In this document: piece after piece, positions 19,315 to 29,261 of the stretch
Layout: each line of letters opens with the position of its first letter
How positions within the stretch are numbered: position 1 is the stretch's first letter
Assembly: GCA_021296265.1 (NCBI GenBank)
Contig: JAGWAT010000014.1
Span: 1,829-65,828 of the forward strand
Direction of reading: 5' to 3'
Length of the DNA stretch: 64,000 bases
Origin: Alphaproteobacteria bacterium
GTDB lineage: Bacteria; Pseudomonadota; Alphaproteobacteria; TMED109
Notes under the pieces: generated by a model
Databases searched by the model: none
Told to the model about the DNA's origin: nothing
What the model saw: the letters and a program-made list of their open reading frames with translations, nothing else
Position numbers and translations under genes: made by a program

Positions 19315-20069
19315 TTCGGAAGACTGGCCCTCAAATTCCGGAGGACGCGCGGGCCGATCAGCCCACTGGAAGCCCCGCGCACGTTGCTGTGATCATGGAC
19401 GGTAATGGTCGTTGGGCTGTCCAGCGCGGACTGGCCCGTGTCGACGGGCATCGGAAGGGCGCGGATGCCGTCCGCGAGACAATAGCCGGCGCGATCGCGT
19501 GCGAAGTGCGCTACCTGACGCTTTATGCGTTTTCGACCGAGAACTGGAAGCGGCCCCGCAGCGAGATCGAGGTGCTGATGTCGCTCATGGTCCGACATGT
19601 GCATTCTGAAATGGAGGCACTGGCCGAGCAGAACGTGCGGGTGACGTTTATCGGTGAACGGGCGCAGCTTCCGTCCGAGGTGTCGGAAGGCATGGAGATG
19701 TTGGAGGACCGGACGTCTTCGAATGACGGCCTGCAGGTTATTGTCGGATTGAACTACAGCGGACGCAGCGAGCTGGCCTGGGCATTTCGCCAGCTTTTGC
19801 GGGACGCCATCGAGGGGCGCATTGATCCCTCGGACCTGGACGAGAGCGCCCTCGACCAACGGCTGATGACAGCCGGCGTGCCGGATCCCGACCTCGTGAT
19901 CCGGACCGGAGGCGAGCACCGGATCTCCAATTTCCTGTTGTGGCAAATCGCGTATTCCGAACTGTACTTCACTTCAATTCTCTGGCCGGATTTCACCCGC
20001 CAGGACTTTCAGAACGCGATCGCGGCATACACGTGCCGGCGGCGCCGGTTCGGCGGGATCGATGCCTAG
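19311..20069 (+). CDS. uppS: isoprenyl transferase (undecaprenyl diphosphate synthase)
   Basis: GTGA overlap with frr. HVAVIMDGNGRWA, LTLYAFSTENWKRP, IRTGGEHRISNFLLWQIAYSELYF. Confidence 0.92.
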   Translation: MIRKTGPQIPEDARADQPTGSPAHVAVIMDGNGRWAVQRGLARVDGHRKGADAVRETIAGAIACEVRYLTLYAFSTENWKRPRSEIEVLMSLMVRHVHSEMEALAEQNVRVTFIGERAQLPSEVSEGMEMLEDRTSSNDGLQVIVGLNYSGRSELAWAFRQLLRDAIEGRIDPSDLDESALDQRLMTAGVPDPDLVIRTGGEHRISNFLLWQIAYSELYFTSILWPDFTRQDFQNAIAAYTCRRRRFGGIDA

Positions 20070-20856
20070 GGCCGCCTTGTTGGAACTGGGTGTCCGCACG
20101 GCATCAGCGGCAGTGTTGGTGCCGCTTGCACTGGTTCCGGCGTGGACAGGTGGTTGGCCGCTGGCGCTGCTGCTCGCCTTGGCGGGCTGGAGAATCGGTT
20201 ACGAATGGTTCCACATGCAGGGCCGACGTGGCCTGACGGCACAGGTCCCGGCATCGAGCGCTGCGGCCGGGGCACTGACCGCTTACTACATCGCCGGCCC
20301 CGTCGCAGCCGTCGCTGCAGCATTCCTAGGGGCCGTTATTGGCAGGATCGTGCTCGAAGGGTTCGCCCGAACACTTCACCGAGGACTGCTTGGCGTTGCA
20401 CTGCTTGCTGTTCCGCTGGTACTGGTTTGGGAACTTCGGGAGGCCGGCGAGGACGGACGCGACCTATTGCTGTGGTGTCTGCTGATCGTTTGGACCACCG
20501 ACACCTTTGCGTTTCTGTGCGGACGCGTCCTGCGGGGCCGGCTTCTGGCGCCTGCGATCAGCCCAGGCAAGACCTGGAACGGCCTGTTCGGCGGCATCTT
20601 CGCGGCTGGTGTGGTGGGCGGTTTCGCCGGGATACTGCTAGGATTTCCTGCTGAAACTGCCGTGCTCAGCGCAGTTTGCGTGGGGATGGCCACGATCACG
20701 GGTGACCTCGTCATGAGCGCGGTCAAGCGCACGCACGGCTGCAAGGACACCGGCCGGCTGATACCCGGCCATGGCGGGGTTCTCGATCGGGTCGACGGGC
20801 TCCTTTTCGGCGTGACAATCGTGGCAATTTGGAAGCTGATCGTCGAAGGGGCCTGA
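20062..20856 (+). CDS. cdsA: phosphatidate cytidylyltransferase
   Basis: 264-aa polytopic protein. C-terminal signature [27 protein letters not shown]. Confidence 0.9.
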   Translation: MPRAALLELGVRTASAAVLVPLALVPAWTGGWPLALLLALAGWRIGYEWFHMQGRRGLTAQVPASSAAAGALTAYYIAGPVAAVAAAFLGAVIGRIVLEGFARTLHRGLLGVALLAVPLVLVWELREAGEDGRDLLLWCLLIVWTTDTFAFLCGRVLRGRLLAPAISPGKTWNGLFGGIFAAGVVGGFAGILLGFPAETAVLSAVCVGMATITGDLVMSAVKRTHGCKDTGRLIPGHGGVLDRVDGLLFGVTIVAIWKLIVEGA

Positions 20857-20857
20857 T

Positions 20858-22030
20858 GTGGGACCACCGGGAAAGTCGATCACTGTGCTCGGTTCCACCG
20901 GCTCAGTGGGGCAAAGTACCGTAAGCCTGCTGCTCGAACGACCGGAGCGCTGGGAGGTCGTTGCGCTCGCCGCGGGAAACAACGCGGTCAGGCTGGCGGA
21001 GCAGGCCCGGGCGCTGGGTGCCCGGTACGCGGCGATCGCCGACAGGAGTCAGGCCAAGGTTCTCCGGGATGAACTCGCCGGAACCGGGATCGAAGTCGGC
21101 GCCGGCGAGGACGCCGTCATCGAGGCCGGCGCGCGCCCGGCGGAATGGGTCATGGCGGCGATCGGCGGCGCAGCGGGTCTGGCGCCCACGGCGAAGGCCC
21201 TTGAACGAGGGGCCACGGTGGCGCTGGCCAACAAGGAAAGCATGGTGTGTGCCGGGACCCTGCTCAAGCGTACGGCGGCCCGGTCAGGGGCCAGCATCAT
21301 TCCGGTTGATTCTGAGCACAGTGCGATCTTCCAGGTGTTCGATGCGGGCCGACCGGAGCGGGTTCGCGCCGTCGTCCTGACCGCATCCGGAGGACCGTTC
21401 CTGGACCGCAGCGTGGACAGCCTTGCATCCGTCACGCCGGCGGACGCCGTCGCACATCCGGTGTGGGACATGGGTGCCAAGATTTCCGTGGACTCGGCGA
21501 CGATGATGAACAAAGGGCTCGAACTGATCGAGGCCGCGCACCTGTTCCCGGTGCAACCCGACCAGCTAGACGTCCTCATCCATCCGCAGTCAGTCATCCA
21601 TGGGTTGGTTGAGTACGTGGACGGTACCATGTGTGCCGTCCTAGGCATTCCGGACATGCGGGTACCCATTGCGTGCGCACTGGCTTGGCCCGACCGCATG
21701 GAGCTGGAACTGCCCCGCCTCGATCTGGCAGATCACGGCCATCTCACGTTCCGTAAGCCTGACCCGGACCGATTCCCGGCTCTTCGGATTGCACGGGAAG
21801 CCTTGCAACAAGGCGGGTCGGCGCCTACGATCTTGAATGCGGCCAACGAAGAAGCAGTTGCCGCGTTTCTTCGTGGCGCGCTCCCGTTTTCGAGAATTAC
21901 CGCCGTGTCCGAGGAAGTCCTCGCGGCGCTCCCGGATACTCCCATCGATGACTTCACTGCTGTCGTCGCGGTCGACGCCCGTGCCCGTGCGTCGGCCCGT
22001 GCACTGACCGGCGTGCACGAAGGTTTGTAG
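20858..22030 (+). CDS. dxr: 1-deoxy-D-xylulose 5-phosphate reductoisomerase
   Basis: [14 protein letters not shown] (NADPH site), [35 protein letters not shown]. Confidence 0.93.
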   Translation: MGPPGKSITVLGSTGSVGQSTVSLLLERPERWEVVALAAGNNAVRLAEQARALGARYAAIADRSQAKVLRDELAGTGIEVGAGEDAVIEAGARPAEWVMAAIGGAAGLAPTAKALERGATVALANKESMVCAGTLLKRTAARSGASIIPVDSEHSAIFQVFDAGRPERVRAVVLTASGGPFLDRSVDSLASVTPADAVAHPVWDMGAKISVDSATMMNKGLELIEAAHLFPVQPDQLDVLIHPQSVIHGLVEYVDGTMCAVLGIPDMRVPIACALAWPDRMELELPRLDLADHGHLTFRKPDPDRFPALRIAREALQQGGSAPTILNAANEEAVAAFLRGALPFSRITAVSEEVLAALPDTPIDDFTAVVAVDARARASARALTGVHEGL

Positions 22031-22035
22031 CGTCC

Positions 22036-23136
22036 GTGCTTTCATCCCTGCTTTGGTTCCTGCTGGTGCTCTGCATCGTGGTTTTCGTCCACGAGCTCGG
22101 GCATTACCTGATCGCTCGCTGGAACGGCGCCAAGGTGGAGGTTTTCTCGATCGGGTTTGGACGCGAGTTGTTCGGTGTCACCGATCGGGCGGGAACGCGA
22201 TGGCGTCTCAGCGTCATTCCTCTTGGCGGATACGTCCGGTTCCCGAATCCGCCGGAACGGGAAGAGGGCGATGCTGACGTTCCGGAGGTGCCGGACGAGA
22301 GCCTGCAGGCGCATGCGCCGGTGCGGCGCATCGCGATTCTGGCGGCGGGTCCGGCGGCCAATTTCCTCTTTGCCATTGTCGTTTTTTTCGGGCTGATTCT
22401 GACGTTCGGGAGGGCCGGGGTCTCGAACACCGTCGAACAGGTCCTTCCGGACAGCGCGGCCGAGAGTGCGGGCATCTTGGCGGGGGATCGGATTCTGTCC
22501 ATCGAGGGACAGACGGTCACGCGCGCTCAGGAGATTCGTGACGCAGTCAGCCCCTATCCCGGAACCGTGCTCACGTTTGTCATCGACCGTGACGGTCGTG
22601 TGATGGAACTGGACGTGACACCAGTGGCGGTGGACTGGACCGATCCGCTGGGCACGGTGCACCGGCTTGGCCGGGTTGGGGTGGCCCTTGCCCGACCCGA
22701 ACGCGAACCGGCGACGATGCCGGAAGCGGCATGGGATGCCGTCGGCGAGACGTGGTACCTGACAAGTTCCGTACTGCAGGCCTTTGGCGAGATCCTGACG
22801 GGTCGCCGCAGCACGGATGAGCTGGGCGGCCCGGTGATGATTGCACAGGTGTCGGGAGACTTTGCCGAACAGGGCCTTCTGCCACTGTTCGGTTTCATCG
22901 CATTCCTTTCCGTCAACCTCGGGATCATCAACCTGTTCCCGATTCCGATGCTGGACGGCGGACAGATCGTCGTCGCGGTAGCCGAGCTGGCTCGTGGACG
23001 GAGGCTCAGTCAACGCTTCATGTACTGGTTTCAGATGACGGGCCTCGTGACAGTCGGGGGCCTCATGCTGTTCGTCTTTGCCAATGACCTGAGCCGTCCC
23101 AGTGTGCTGAACTTCGTAGGTGGACTGTTTCAATGA
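22036..23136 (+). CDS. rseP: RIP zinc metalloprotease RseP
   Basis: HELGHY zinc motif in the first transmembrane helix, central PDZ domain (AGILAGDRILSIEG), NLFPIPMLDGG motif. Confidence 0.9.
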   Translation: MLSSLLWFLLVLCIVVFVHELGHYLIARWNGAKVEVFSIGFGRELFGVTDRAGTRWRLSVIPLGGYVRFPNPPEREEGDADVPEVPDESLQAHAPVRRIAILAAGPAANFLFAIVVFFGLILTFGRAGVSNTVEQVLPDSAAESAGILAGDRILSIEGQTVTRAQEIRDAVSPYPGTVLTFVIDRDGRVMELDVTPVAVDWTDPLGTVHRLGRVGVALARPEREPATMPEAAWDAVGETWYLTSSVLQAFGEILTGRRSTDELGGPVMIAQVSGDFAEQGLLPLFGFIAFLSVNLGIINLFPIPMLDGGQIVVAVAELARGRRLSQRFMYWFQMTGLVTVGGLMLFVFANDLSRPSVLNFVGGLFQ

Positions 23137-25442
23137 TGGGATGCTGCCTTGCCCGATCCGCCGGGCTCCTTCTCATCGCCGGTTTCGTCCTGCTGCTTGG
23201 CGGGTTAAGTACTGCAGAGGCGCAGGACAACCCGATCAGTGACATCCGGGTCGAGGGCAACCAGCGAATCGAGGACTCGACGATCCTGTCGAACCTGACC
23301 GTACGCGCCGGCCAGCAGATCGAGCCGGGCAGCCCGTTCGATCCGTTGCTCCTCGATACTGCTTTGAAATCGCTCTTCGAGACAGGACTTTTCGCCGACG
23401 TCACGCTGGCCCGTGAGGGCACCACCCTCATCGTGCGGGTGGTGGAGAATCCAATCGTCAACCAGGTGGTGTTCGAAGGCAATCAGCGGGTTGAAGACGA
23501 AGACCTGGCCAGCGAGATCACCCTGCGTCAACGCACCGTTTTCACGCGCAGTCGTGCCCGCACCGATCAGGAACGCCTCCTTACCGTGTACCGCCGAAGC
23601 GGCCGGTTCGGGGCATCGGTGGTGCCGAAAGTGATCCTCCTGGACCAGAACCGGGTCAACGTGATCTTTGAAATCGACGAAGGGCCGCTCACGGGAATCG
23701 AGAGCATCAATTTCGTCGGCAACCGCCGCTTCAGCGATGGCGACCTACGGGACGTGATGCGCACGCGCGAAAGCCGCTGGTGGCGGTTCCTGTCATCGAG
23801 TGACCGGTACGATCCTGATCAATTGGCCTTCGACGAAGAGCTGCTCCGCCGTCACTACTTCGACCGGGGGTACCTCCGTTTCAGGATCCTGTCCTCATCC
23901 GCTGAGCTGCCGCCTGATGGGGACGCCTTCCTGATCACAATCGCCGTCGATGAGGGAGACCGCTACACCATCAGCGAAACTTCCACCACCTCGGAACTGC
24001 CCGAGGTGGATGTCGAACCCTTGCAGGATCTTATCGAGACGGAGGACGGGGACGACTACAGCCGTAGCGCGATCCAGGACACGATCGGAATCCTGTCGGA
24101 CGCCGTGGTGACGGCGGGATTTCCGTTCGTCCAGGTCGATGTGGAACCGGAAGTCGATGAGGATTCGAAGACGGTCGCGCTGCACTACCGACTGAGCGAG
24201 GGCGAGCGGCTCTACGTTGATCGCATCGAAATCAAGGGGAATGTCCGCACGCTGGATCACGTGGTCCGTCGGTACCTTCGCCTGTCCGAAGGGGATCCCC
24301 TGAATCGGGGTCTGCTCGCTCGCTCACGGACGCTGGTCGGGAACCTTGGCTTCTTTTCCGACGTGCAGTTCCAGGAAGTGCCTGGGAGCGCTCCCGATCA
24401 GCGGAACGTCGAGCTGACTGTCCAGGAACGCTCCACCGGTGAAATCAGCTTTGGTCTGGGGTACTCGACCAGCCGTGGCGCGATCGGGAACATCTCGCTT
24501 CGCGAGCGCAACCTTCTGGGCACCGGCAGCAGCCTGACGGTGGCCCTGGAGAACGCGCGCACCGGAGGCTTGTACAGCATCGCCTATTCCGAACCGTACT
24601 TCCGGCAGCGCGACGTGTCCCTCAGCACCAGTGTCTTTTCGTCCAACACGGACCGGATCGGCACCGCGTACGAATCGGATGAGCAGGGTGCCCGAATCGG
24701 ATTTGGCTTCAGCCTCGGCGAGTACCTTCGTCAGCGCCTGACGTATGGCATTACGTGGGTTCGGGTGACGGGCCGGGAGGAAGTTCAGGTCGATCTCGGC
24801 CGACGGCTGATTTCCTCGATCACGTCCTCCTGGTCATACGATCGTCGCGACAGCGCACTGTTTCCGACCGAGGGTTACAATTTCGATCTCTCGACGACCA
24901 TTGCCGGTATCGGTGGCGATGACCGATACGTCCGCCTGACCACGAGCGGGGGCTACTACACCGATCTCTTGCGGGACGAGTGGGTCTTGGGACTGCTGGC
25001 CAGTGCTGGGTTTATCGACGGCATCGACCAAGACGTCAGCATCTACGATCGCTTTCTGCTGGGTGACCGGAGTTTCCGCGGGTTCGAGTACGCGGGCATC
25101 GGGCCCCGCTACCTGGGGTCTGACCGCTCCAGCGGCCTCGGCGGAAACATGTTCGCGACGCTGACCGCGGAGCTGAAGGTCGATCTCGGGCTTCCGCGCG
25201 AACTCGGCATGCACGGACGGGTGTTCGCTATCGTCGGCACCTTGACAGGCATCGATCGCGAGACGGTGGTCGCCGATGACGGCGCCGTGGTGGATTCCGG
25301 TTCGGCACGAGCCTCGGCTGGCGTGGGGCTGTCGTGGAGTTCGCCTGTGGGACCGATCCGCATCGATTGGACGTCAGCGCTCGCGAAGGAGTCTTACGAT
25401 CGGACGGAAACCATTCTTTTCAGCCTCGGCAGCACTTTCTGA
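23133..25442 (+). CDS. bamA: outer membrane protein assembly factor BamA
   Basis: 769 aa. Signal peptide, POTRA repeats starting IRVEGNQRIEDSTI, C-terminal beta-barrel ending ...FSLGSTF. ATGA overlap with rseP. Confidence 0.93.
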   Translation: MMGCCLARSAGLLLIAGFVLLLGGLSTAEAQDNPISDIRVEGNQRIEDSTILSNLTVRAGQQIEPGSPFDPLLLDTALKSLFETGLFADVTLAREGTTLIVRVVENPIVNQVVFEGNQRVEDEDLASEITLRQRTVFTRSRARTDQERLLTVYRRSGRFGASVVPKVILLDQNRVNVIFEIDEGPLTGIESINFVGNRRFSDGDLRDVMRTRESRWWRFLSSSDRYDPDQLAFDEELLRRHYFDRGYLRFRILSSSAELPPDGDAFLITIAVDEGDRYTISETSTTSELPEVDVEPLQDLIETEDGDDYSRSAIQDTIGILSDAVVTAGFPFVQVDVEPEVDEDSKTVALHYRLSEGERLYVDRIEIKGNVRTLDHVVRRYLRLSEGDPLNRGLLARSRTLVGNLGFFSDVQFQEVPGSAPDQRNVELTVQERSTGEISFGLGYSTSRGAIGNISLRERNLLGTGSSLTVALENARTGGLYSIAYSEPYFRQRDVSLSTSVFSSNTDRIGTAYESDEQGARIGFGFSLGEYLRQRLTYGITWVRVTGREEVQVDLGRRLISSITSSWSYDRRDSALFPTEGYNFDLSTTIAGIGGDDRYVRLTTSGGYYTDLLRDEWVLGLLASAGFIDGIDQDVSIYDRFLLGDRSFRGFEYAGIGPRYLGSDRSSGLGGNMFATLTAELKVDLGLPRELGMHGRVFAIVGTLTGIDRETVVADDGAVVDSGSARASAGVGLSWSSPVGPIRIDWTSALAKESYDRTETILFSLGSTF

Positions 25443-25479
25443 CGCCACCCCTGTAATTTTCGTCGAAGGATCTCCCATC

Positions 25480-26088
25480 ATGCACCACGGCCTACGGCTC
25501 CTCACCGCAGTCGCACTGGTCGCCTATGCCGCGACTGCGCACGCTCAGGATGACAACGGCGCCGAGCCACCCACCATCGCCGTACCCGAAAATTTCGCGA
25601 TCGGCCTGATCGACATCAACCGAATTTTCCGTCTTTCGACGGCACTGAACGGCGTTCGGGAAGAGGTCAGTGCGCGCGAGCAGCGCTACCGCGAGGAAAT
25701 CACGGCGGCTGAGGAGCGCCTGCGCCAGCAGCAAGAGGAACTTTCGCAGAAGCGCGGCGTTCTCTCCCCCCAGGAATACGCCGTCGAGGAAGCCAGCTTC
25801 CGGGGGGAGGTCGAGAATCTGCAGAAGCGGGTGAACGAGCGGAACCAGGAACTCCAGGAAATCATGGCCCAGAGTCAGCAGCAGGTGCAGGAAGAAACGG
25901 TTCGCATCGTGGCCGAGATCGCGCTTGAGCGGAATTTCGCGCTCGTCTTCGACGCCTCCCAGCTGGTGATCGCCGCCGAACAGATCAACATCTCGGACGA
26001 AGTGGTCGAACGGCTCAACGAACGCTTTCCAAGCCTCGAGATTCCTGAGGCCGGTTCCATGGAGGAGGCTGAGGGCGAGGACGGTTGA
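25480..26088 (+). CDS. OmpH/Skp family periplasmic chaperone
   Basis: Track ORF 25276..26088 overlaps bamA. ATG 25480 gives signal peptide MHHGLRLLTAVALVAYAATAHA, followed by a coiled-coil, Glu/Gln/Arg-rich body. Conserved position after bamA. Confidence 0.8.
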   Translation: MHHGLRLLTAVALVAYAATAHAQDDNGAEPPTIAVPENFAIGLIDINRIFRLSTALNGVREEVSAREQRYREEITAAEERLRQQQEELSQKRGVLSPQEYAVEEASFRGEVENLQKRVNERNQELQEIMAQSQQQVQEETVRIVAEIALERNFALVFDASQLVIAAEQINISDEVVERLNERFPSLEIPEAGSMEEAEGEDG

Positions 26089-26094
26089 GGGACG

Positions 26095-27141
26095 ATGCCG
26101 GACCCACGTTTCTTTTCTTCCCGGGGGCCGCTCTCGCTGGCAGTACTCGCGCAGCTGGGAGATGCCCGACTGGTGCGCTCAGATGATGGCCGCCGCATGA
26201 TCGCCACTGTTGCGCGTGGCCCCGACGCGGGTGCTGGCACATTGAGCTATAGCGTCTCGAGATCGGAACTCCGACGCCTGGCGGCTGACGCGGGAGCCTG
26301 CGTGACGACCGACGCCCTGGTGGCGGAGGTCCCGCCCGGAATCCCTTGCTTGGCAGCGACCAATCCGCGGCTTGCGTTTGCTCGCATGGCCAACGCCCTG
26401 TTCCCGGATCCGTTGCCTGGCCCCGCGGTCAGCGACCGGGCGACAGTCGATCCCGACGCGGCGCTGCATCCCGAGTGCCGGATTGAAGCCGGGGCGGTAA
26501 TCGGCGCGCGTGCCGAAATCGGCGCGGGCGCGTGGGTGGGATGCAACACGACGATCGGGCCGGGGGTGGTGATCGGGGCGCGGACACGCATCGACGCAAA
26601 CGTGACGATCATCTGTGCACTCATCGGGGCTGACGTCCGGATCCACGCCGGGGTGCGCATCGGACAGGCCGGGTTCGGACTGGTGATGGACGGATCCGCT
26701 CCGGGGCACGAACGCGTGCCGCAACTTGGCCGCGTCCGGATCGAGGATCGGGCCGATATCGGCGCGAACACGTGCATCGACCGGGGCGCGCTCGGGGACA
26801 CGGTGATCGGAGAAGGGGCCTTCCTCGACAACCTGGTCCATGTCGCCCACAACGTGCACGTCGGCCCGCACGCCGCGCTGGCCGGGCAGACCGGAATCGG
26901 CGGCAGCAGCACCGTCGGCGCGTTTACCGCGGTCGGTGGCCAGGCGGGAATCTCGGATCACATCGCTGTCGGGTCTCGGTGCGAGATTGGCGCTCAGGCC
27001 GGAGTCACGCGCAATCTTCGTGACGGCGCCAAGGTTGCCGGCACACCGGCCGTCCCGATCGCTCGCTACCTTCGTCAAGCGGTCATGCTCGGACGCATTG
27101 CAACGCGTCGGGGGCAGGCAACTGGGGATGCTGGAACATGA
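26095..27141 (+). CDS. lpxD: UDP-3-O-acylglucosamine N-acyltransferase
   Basis: 348 aa. N-terminal MPDPRFF..., long run of left-handed beta-helix hexapeptide repeats. Position before fabZ. Confidence 0.9.
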   Translation: MPDPRFFSSRGPLSLAVLAQLGDARLVRSDDGRRMIATVARGPDAGAGTLSYSVSRSELRRLAADAGACVTTDALVAEVPPGIPCLAATNPRLAFARMANALFPDPLPGPAVSDRATVDPDAALHPECRIEAGAVIGARAEIGAGAWVGCNTTIGPGVVIGARTRIDANVTIICALIGADVRIHAGVRIGQAGFGLVMDGSAPGHERVPQLGRVRIEDRADIGANTCIDRGALGDTVIGEGAFLDNLVHVAHNVHVGPHAALAGQTGIGGSSTVGAFTAVGGQAGISDHIAVGSRCEIGAQAGVTRNLRDGAKVAGTPAVPIARYLRQAVMLGRIATRRGQATGDAGT

Positions 27142-27620
27142 ACAAGCCGCACGACCACGACGGCAGCGCCGCCCTTTCAACAATCCTTGAGGCGATCCCG
27201 CATCGCTACCCGTTTCTCCTGATCGACCGGATTACCGAGTACGTCGCATACGAGCACGCGGTGATGTTGAAGAACGTGACGATTAACGAGGGTTTCTTCC
27301 AGGGACATTTTCCTGAGCACCCGGTCATGCCAGGTGTCCTGGTCGTCGAAGCGATGGCTCAGGCGGCGGGCGTGTTCGCCGTTCGGTCGATCGGCAAGGA
27401 GGGGCAGGATCACCTTGTCTATCTGATGGGCCTGGACAACGTCCGGTTTCGTCGCCCTGTGGTGCCGGGAGATCAGCTGTGGATTCGGGTCGAGAAGCAG
27501 CGTATCCGCGAGAATGTATGGCGTGTTGCCGCTACTGCCGAAGTTGATGGCGAGCGGGCGGCCGAGGCGGTGCTCACCGCCATGATCCGTCACCGAGACA
27601 AGTGGGCGGACGGCGGATGA
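27138..27620 (+). CDS. fabZ: 3-hydroxyacyl-ACP dehydratase FabZ
   Basis: ATGA overlap with lpxD. HRYPFLLIDR, GHFPEHPVMPGVLVVEAMAQ. Confidence 0.92.
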   Translation: MNKPHDHDGSAALSTILEAIPHRYPFLLIDRITEYVAYEHAVMLKNVTINEGFFQGHFPEHPVMPGVLVVEAMAQAAGVFAVRSIGKEGQDHLVYLMGLDNVRFRRPVVPGDQLWIRVEKQRIRENVWRVAATAEVDGERAAEAVLTAMIRHRDKWADGG

Positions 27621-28432
27621 GCCAATGGCACCCCACCGCGATCGTGGACGAGCGGGCCGACATCGCAGACGGCGTTGAGATTGGCCCGTACTGCACGATC
27701 GGACCCGGTGTCCGGATCGGTTCCGGCACCCGCCTTTTCTCGCATGTCGCGATCGACGGAGAAGCGACGCTCGGCACCAACAACCTCATCTATCCCTTTG
27801 TGGCCATCGGATACCCGCCGCAGGTCCGTCCGGCAATCGATGGCGTGACCCGGATCGAAATTGGTTCGAACAACGTGATTCGGGAGCATGTCACGCTGCA
27901 CACCGGTACCCCCAAGGCCGAACGGGTGACCCGCGTGGGCAGCAATGTGCTCTTCATGGTCGGCACGCACGTCGCCCACGACTGTTCGATCGGGGATCAT
28001 GTCATTCTCGCGAACGGAGCTCAGGTCGGCGGGCACGCGGTGATCGGTGACTTTGCCCAGGTCGGCGCACTGACGGGGGTGCACCAGTTCGTGCGCATCG
28101 GTGCCTACGCGTTCATCGGCGGTTGTTCGGCGGTCGAAAAGCACGTCATCCCATATGTGCTGGCGACGGGCAACCGGGCATGGCTACGCGGTCTCAACAT
28201 CATCGGTCTGCAGCGGGCAGATTTCAGCAAGGCGGAGATCGACGACCTGCGGAAGGCTTACGGATTCCTGTTTTCCGGGGACGAGTTGTTCCGGCTGCAG
28301 GTGGCCAATCTCCAGGCCGAGCTCGAGGGATCCGAACGGGTTGCAGAGATCGTGCGCTTCTGTGACGAAATCGAACATTCGCCAGGACTCGCCAGGCGCG
28401 GGATGTGCCTGCCTCGAGACGGCCGCCTCTGA
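27617..28432 (+). CDS. lpxA: acyl-ACP--UDP-N-acetylglucosamine O-acyltransferase
   Basis: Track ORF starts at 27602; ATG 27617 forms an ATGA overlap with fabZ. IHPTA-like start (WHPTAIVDE), hexapeptide repeats, then a helical C-terminal domain. Confidence 0.9.
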   Translation: MSQWHPTAIVDERADIADGVEIGPYCTIGPGVRIGSGTRLFSHVAIDGEATLGTNNLIYPFVAIGYPPQVRPAIDGVTRIEIGSNNVIREHVTLHTGTPKAERVTRVGSNVLFMVGTHVAHDCSIGDHVILANGAQVGGHAVIGDFAQVGALTGVHQFVRIGAYAFIGGCSAVEKHVIPYVLATGNRAWLRGLNIIGLQRADFSKAEIDDLRKAYGFLFSGDELFRLQVANLQAELEGSERVAEIVRFCDEIEHSPGLARRGMCLPRDGRL

Positions 28433-28437
28433 GATCC

Positions 28438-29257
28438 ATGCCCGACTCCGATACCGAAGGGTCCCGGTCCCCGGTCGGGATCGTTGCCGGCGGTGGCTTG
28501 CTGCCCGGACTCGTGGCGGAAGCCTGCCGGTCGGTTGGTCGTCGGTATTTCGTGCTCGGCTTGGCGGGGCAGGCAGATCAGTCCACTTGCGGACTTGAGC
28601 CCGATGCATGGGTCCGGTTGGGGGCGTCCGATGAGCTGCTCGGGATTCTTCGCAATGCGGCTGTCGAGACGGTGGTGTTGGCGGGGTACGTTCGACGGCC
28701 CTCGCTCGCTGAGCTCCGCCCCGATGCAAGAGCGCTACGCGTGCTGGCCCGGGCCGCCCGCTTCGCGCTCGGCGACGACGGATTGCTGCGCGCCATCATC
28801 GATGAATTTGAACGCGAGGGATTCCGGATCGTGGGTGCCGATTCTCTCGTTGACGAACTCTTGGCCCCACCCGGCCTCTGGACGAGGAAGCAGCCGGATG
28901 GGAGTTGTGGTGGCGCGAGCACTGGGAACCGTCGACGTCGGCCAGGCTGCGGTGATCCAGGGAGGTCATGTACTGGCCGTGGAAGCTGCGGAAGGTACGG
29001 CCGAAATGGTGCAGCGGGCCGGCAAGCAGCGACGGGCCGGCAGCGGTGGCGTGCTCGTGAAGGTCGCGAAGCCCAATCAGGAGCGGCGTGTCGACCTTCC
29101 GACTATCGGGCCAGACACCGTAACCGAGGTTGCCGCCGCCGGACTCTCGGGAATCGCTGTGGAAGCAGGCTCCGTGCTGGTTATCGGGCGGGATGAGGTG
29201 ATCAAGCGCGCGGACGCACATGGCCTCTTCGTGCTCGGCCGCCGCATGGACGACTGA
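28438..29257 (+). pseudogene. lpxI: UDP-2,3-diacylglucosamine diphosphatase LpxI, frame disrupted at GGG run 28900-28902
   Basis: N-terminal domain is in the frame of track ORF 28405..29196 (VGIVAGGGLLPG, VVLAGYVRRPSL, GDDGLLRAIIDEFEREGFRIVGA, LLAPPGLWTRKQPD). C-terminal domain is in the frame of ORF 28484..29257 (VVVARALGTVDVGQAAVIQGGHVLAVEAAEGT, GGVLVKVAKPNQERRVDLPTIGPDTV, GIAVEAGSVLVI). The span is 820 nt, which is 3n+1. Confidence 0.75.
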
Positions 29258-29261
29258 CCCG

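Noticed and set aside
28903-29196. Continuation of the lpxI N-terminal frame (GSCGGASTGNRRRRPGCGDPGRSC...)
   Set aside because: Gly/Arg/Cys-rich nonsense, while the alternative frame carries the conserved LpxI catalytic domain. It is treated as the read-through product of the frame disruption, not as coding sequence.
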